Positions 62,751-64,000 of a DNA stretch of 64,000 bases are shown here, piece after piece. The DNA is taken from assembly GCA_963719515.1 (NCBI GenBank), contig CAVRCJ010000003.1, positions 32,001 through 96,000 of the forward strand, written 5' to 3'. Every line of letters begins with the position of its first letter. Positions within the stretch are counted from its first letter, which is position 1. This stretch comes from an uncultured cyanobacterium. GTDB taxonomy: Bacteria > Cyanobacteriota > Cyanobacteriia > CAKZMO01. The notes under the pieces were generated by a model. It was not told the origin of the DNA, did no database searches, and saw nothing but the letters and a program-made list of their open reading frames with translations. Made by a program: the position numbers and the translations under genes.

Positions 62751-64000
62751 ATGACATTATCTGCAGACCAGACGTCTCAATTTCAGGTTGAGGACGACCG
62801 CACTGGATTGACCGTCGAAACGATTCGCCGCGCCATGGCCGACCACCTGCGCTTTACTCAAGGCAGACGCGTCGCTATGGCAACGCTAAACGACTTTTAT
62901 ATTGCCCTGGCTCAAACCGTCCGCGATCGCCTCATGCCGCAGTGGTTGGGAACATTCGAGCTTTACCTGAAGCCAGAAACCCGCGTTGTGAGCTACCTGT
63001 CAGCCGAATTCCTGGTCGGGACTCACCTGGCGAACAACTTAATCAACCTTGGGCTACAGGACTGCGTCAAGCAGGCGGTGGAAGAGTCGGGCCTCAACCT
63101 CGCAGATCTGATTGCTCAAGAAGAAGAGCCGGGTCTGGGAAATGGGGGCTTAGGCCGTCTGGCCGCCTGCTACATGGATTCGCTGTCCACCCTAGAGATT
63201 CCCGCTATCGGCTACGGCATTCGCTACGAGTTTGGCATCTTTGACCAGGCGATTCAAAACGGCTGGCAGGTAGAGCTCACCGATAAGTGGCTGCAAAACG
63301 GCAACCCTTGGGAGATCGCCCGCCCTGAGTCTTCCGTGACCGTTGGCTTGGGAGGCCACACCGAGACCTACACCAACAGCAAGGGGGATTTTCGGGTACG
63401 GTGGGTACCCAACCGGATTGTCAAAGGCATTCCCTACGACACCCCTATCTTGGGCTACAAGGTTAATACCGCCAATACCCTACGCCTGTGGAAGGCTGAA
63501 GCCCCGGAGTCCTTCGATTTCTACGCCTTTAACACCGGCGACTACTATGGCGCGGTGAACGCCAAAGTCACCTCGGAGAACATTACCAAGGTGCTCTACC
63601 CCAACGACGAGCTGGTGCAGGGTAAGCAGCTGCGCCTAGAGCAACAGTACTTCTTTGTCTCCTGTGCCCTTCAAGACATGCTGCGCATTCACATTGCCTC
63701 AGGGCGACCGATCACCGAATTCCACGAGAAATTCGCGGTGCAGCTCAACGACACCCACCCGGCCATCGGCGTGGCAGAGCTGATGCGCCTGCTGTTGGAC
63801 CGTCAGCATCTGGACTGGGATACCGCCTGGTATATCACCCAGCGCACCTTTGCCTTCACCAACCACACCCTGCTGCCCGAGGCTCTAGAAACTTGGTCGG
63901 TGGACCTGTTCGGCGAGATGCTGCCCCGCCATTTAGAAATCATCTACGAAATCAACCAGCGGTTCCTCGATGAGATCCGCATCCAGGACCTGGGCGAGGC
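62751..64000 (+). CDS. glgP: Glycogen phosphorylase (3'-truncated by window)
   Basis: Manual translation gives EDDRTGL, YLSAEFL, EPGLGNGGLGRLAACYMDS, YGIRYEFG, VLYPND, QLNDTHP and FTNHTLLPEALE. Confidence 0.95.
   Translation, partial: MTLSADQTSQFQVEDDRTGLTVETIRRAMADHLRFTQGRRVAMATLNDFYIALAQTVRDRLMPQWLGTFELYLKPETRVVSYLSAEFLVGTHLANNLINLGLQDCVKQAVEESGLNLADLIAQEEEPGLGNGGLGRLAACYMDSLSTLEIPAIGYGIRYEFGIFDQAIQNGWQVELTDKWLQNGNPWEIARPESSVTVGLGGHTETYTNSKGDFRVRWVPNRIVKGIPYDTPILGYKVNTANTLRLWKAEAPESFDFYAFNTGDYYGAVNAKVTSENITKVLYPNDELVQGKQLRLEQQYFFVSCALQDMLRIHIASGRPITEFHEKFAVQLNDTHPAIGVAELMRLLLDRQHLDWDTAWYITQRTFAFTNHTLLPEALETWSVDLFGEMLPRHLEIIYEINQRFLDEIRIQDLGE

Noticed and set aside
1..64000. GCGATCGC repeats as a novel repeat or CRISPR-like signal
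   Set aside because: This is the known cyanobacterial HIP1 octamer, dispersed in coding sequence with no spacer periodicity. No CRISPR array or cas gene was seen.

Overview
This window is cyanobacterial chromosome: the HIP1 octamer GCGATCGC is very frequent, and petE, vipp1, ndhCKJ, desC, ftrV and an EF-hand transaldolase are present. Most of it is housekeeping sequence plus one tRNA-Arg(ACG). The accessory signal comes mainly from three related IS200/IS605-type elements, none of which carries tnpA. (1) 18426-19908 lies inside an exbB-exbD-exbD operon. It has an intact 398-aa TnpB, a compact omegaRNA and a small divergent ribbon-helix-helix gene where TnpA would normally sit. (2) 48401-48849 is a 449-bp derivative that has lost nearly all of tnpB but keeps both ends, the promoter and an omegaRNA-like scaffold. 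(3) 54241-55685 cleanly interrupts a DUF29 gene, and its omegaRNA carries two 24-nt hairpin micro-insertions. All three start right after TTAG or TTAA, and two start exactly at a host TAG stop codon. Other notable items are a catalytically degenerate large serine recombinase, a possibly phosphate-linked ExbB/ExbD(Asn)/ExbD(Asp)/TonB-like/PstS cluster split by a pair of AAA_35 STAND NTPases, a PP2C pseudophosphatase, and an LRR-Roc-COR-TIR protein next to a REP-like cluster. Several +1 frameshifts, including one in folC, probably reflect sequencing error. All calls come from reading the sequence by eye; no database searches were run.
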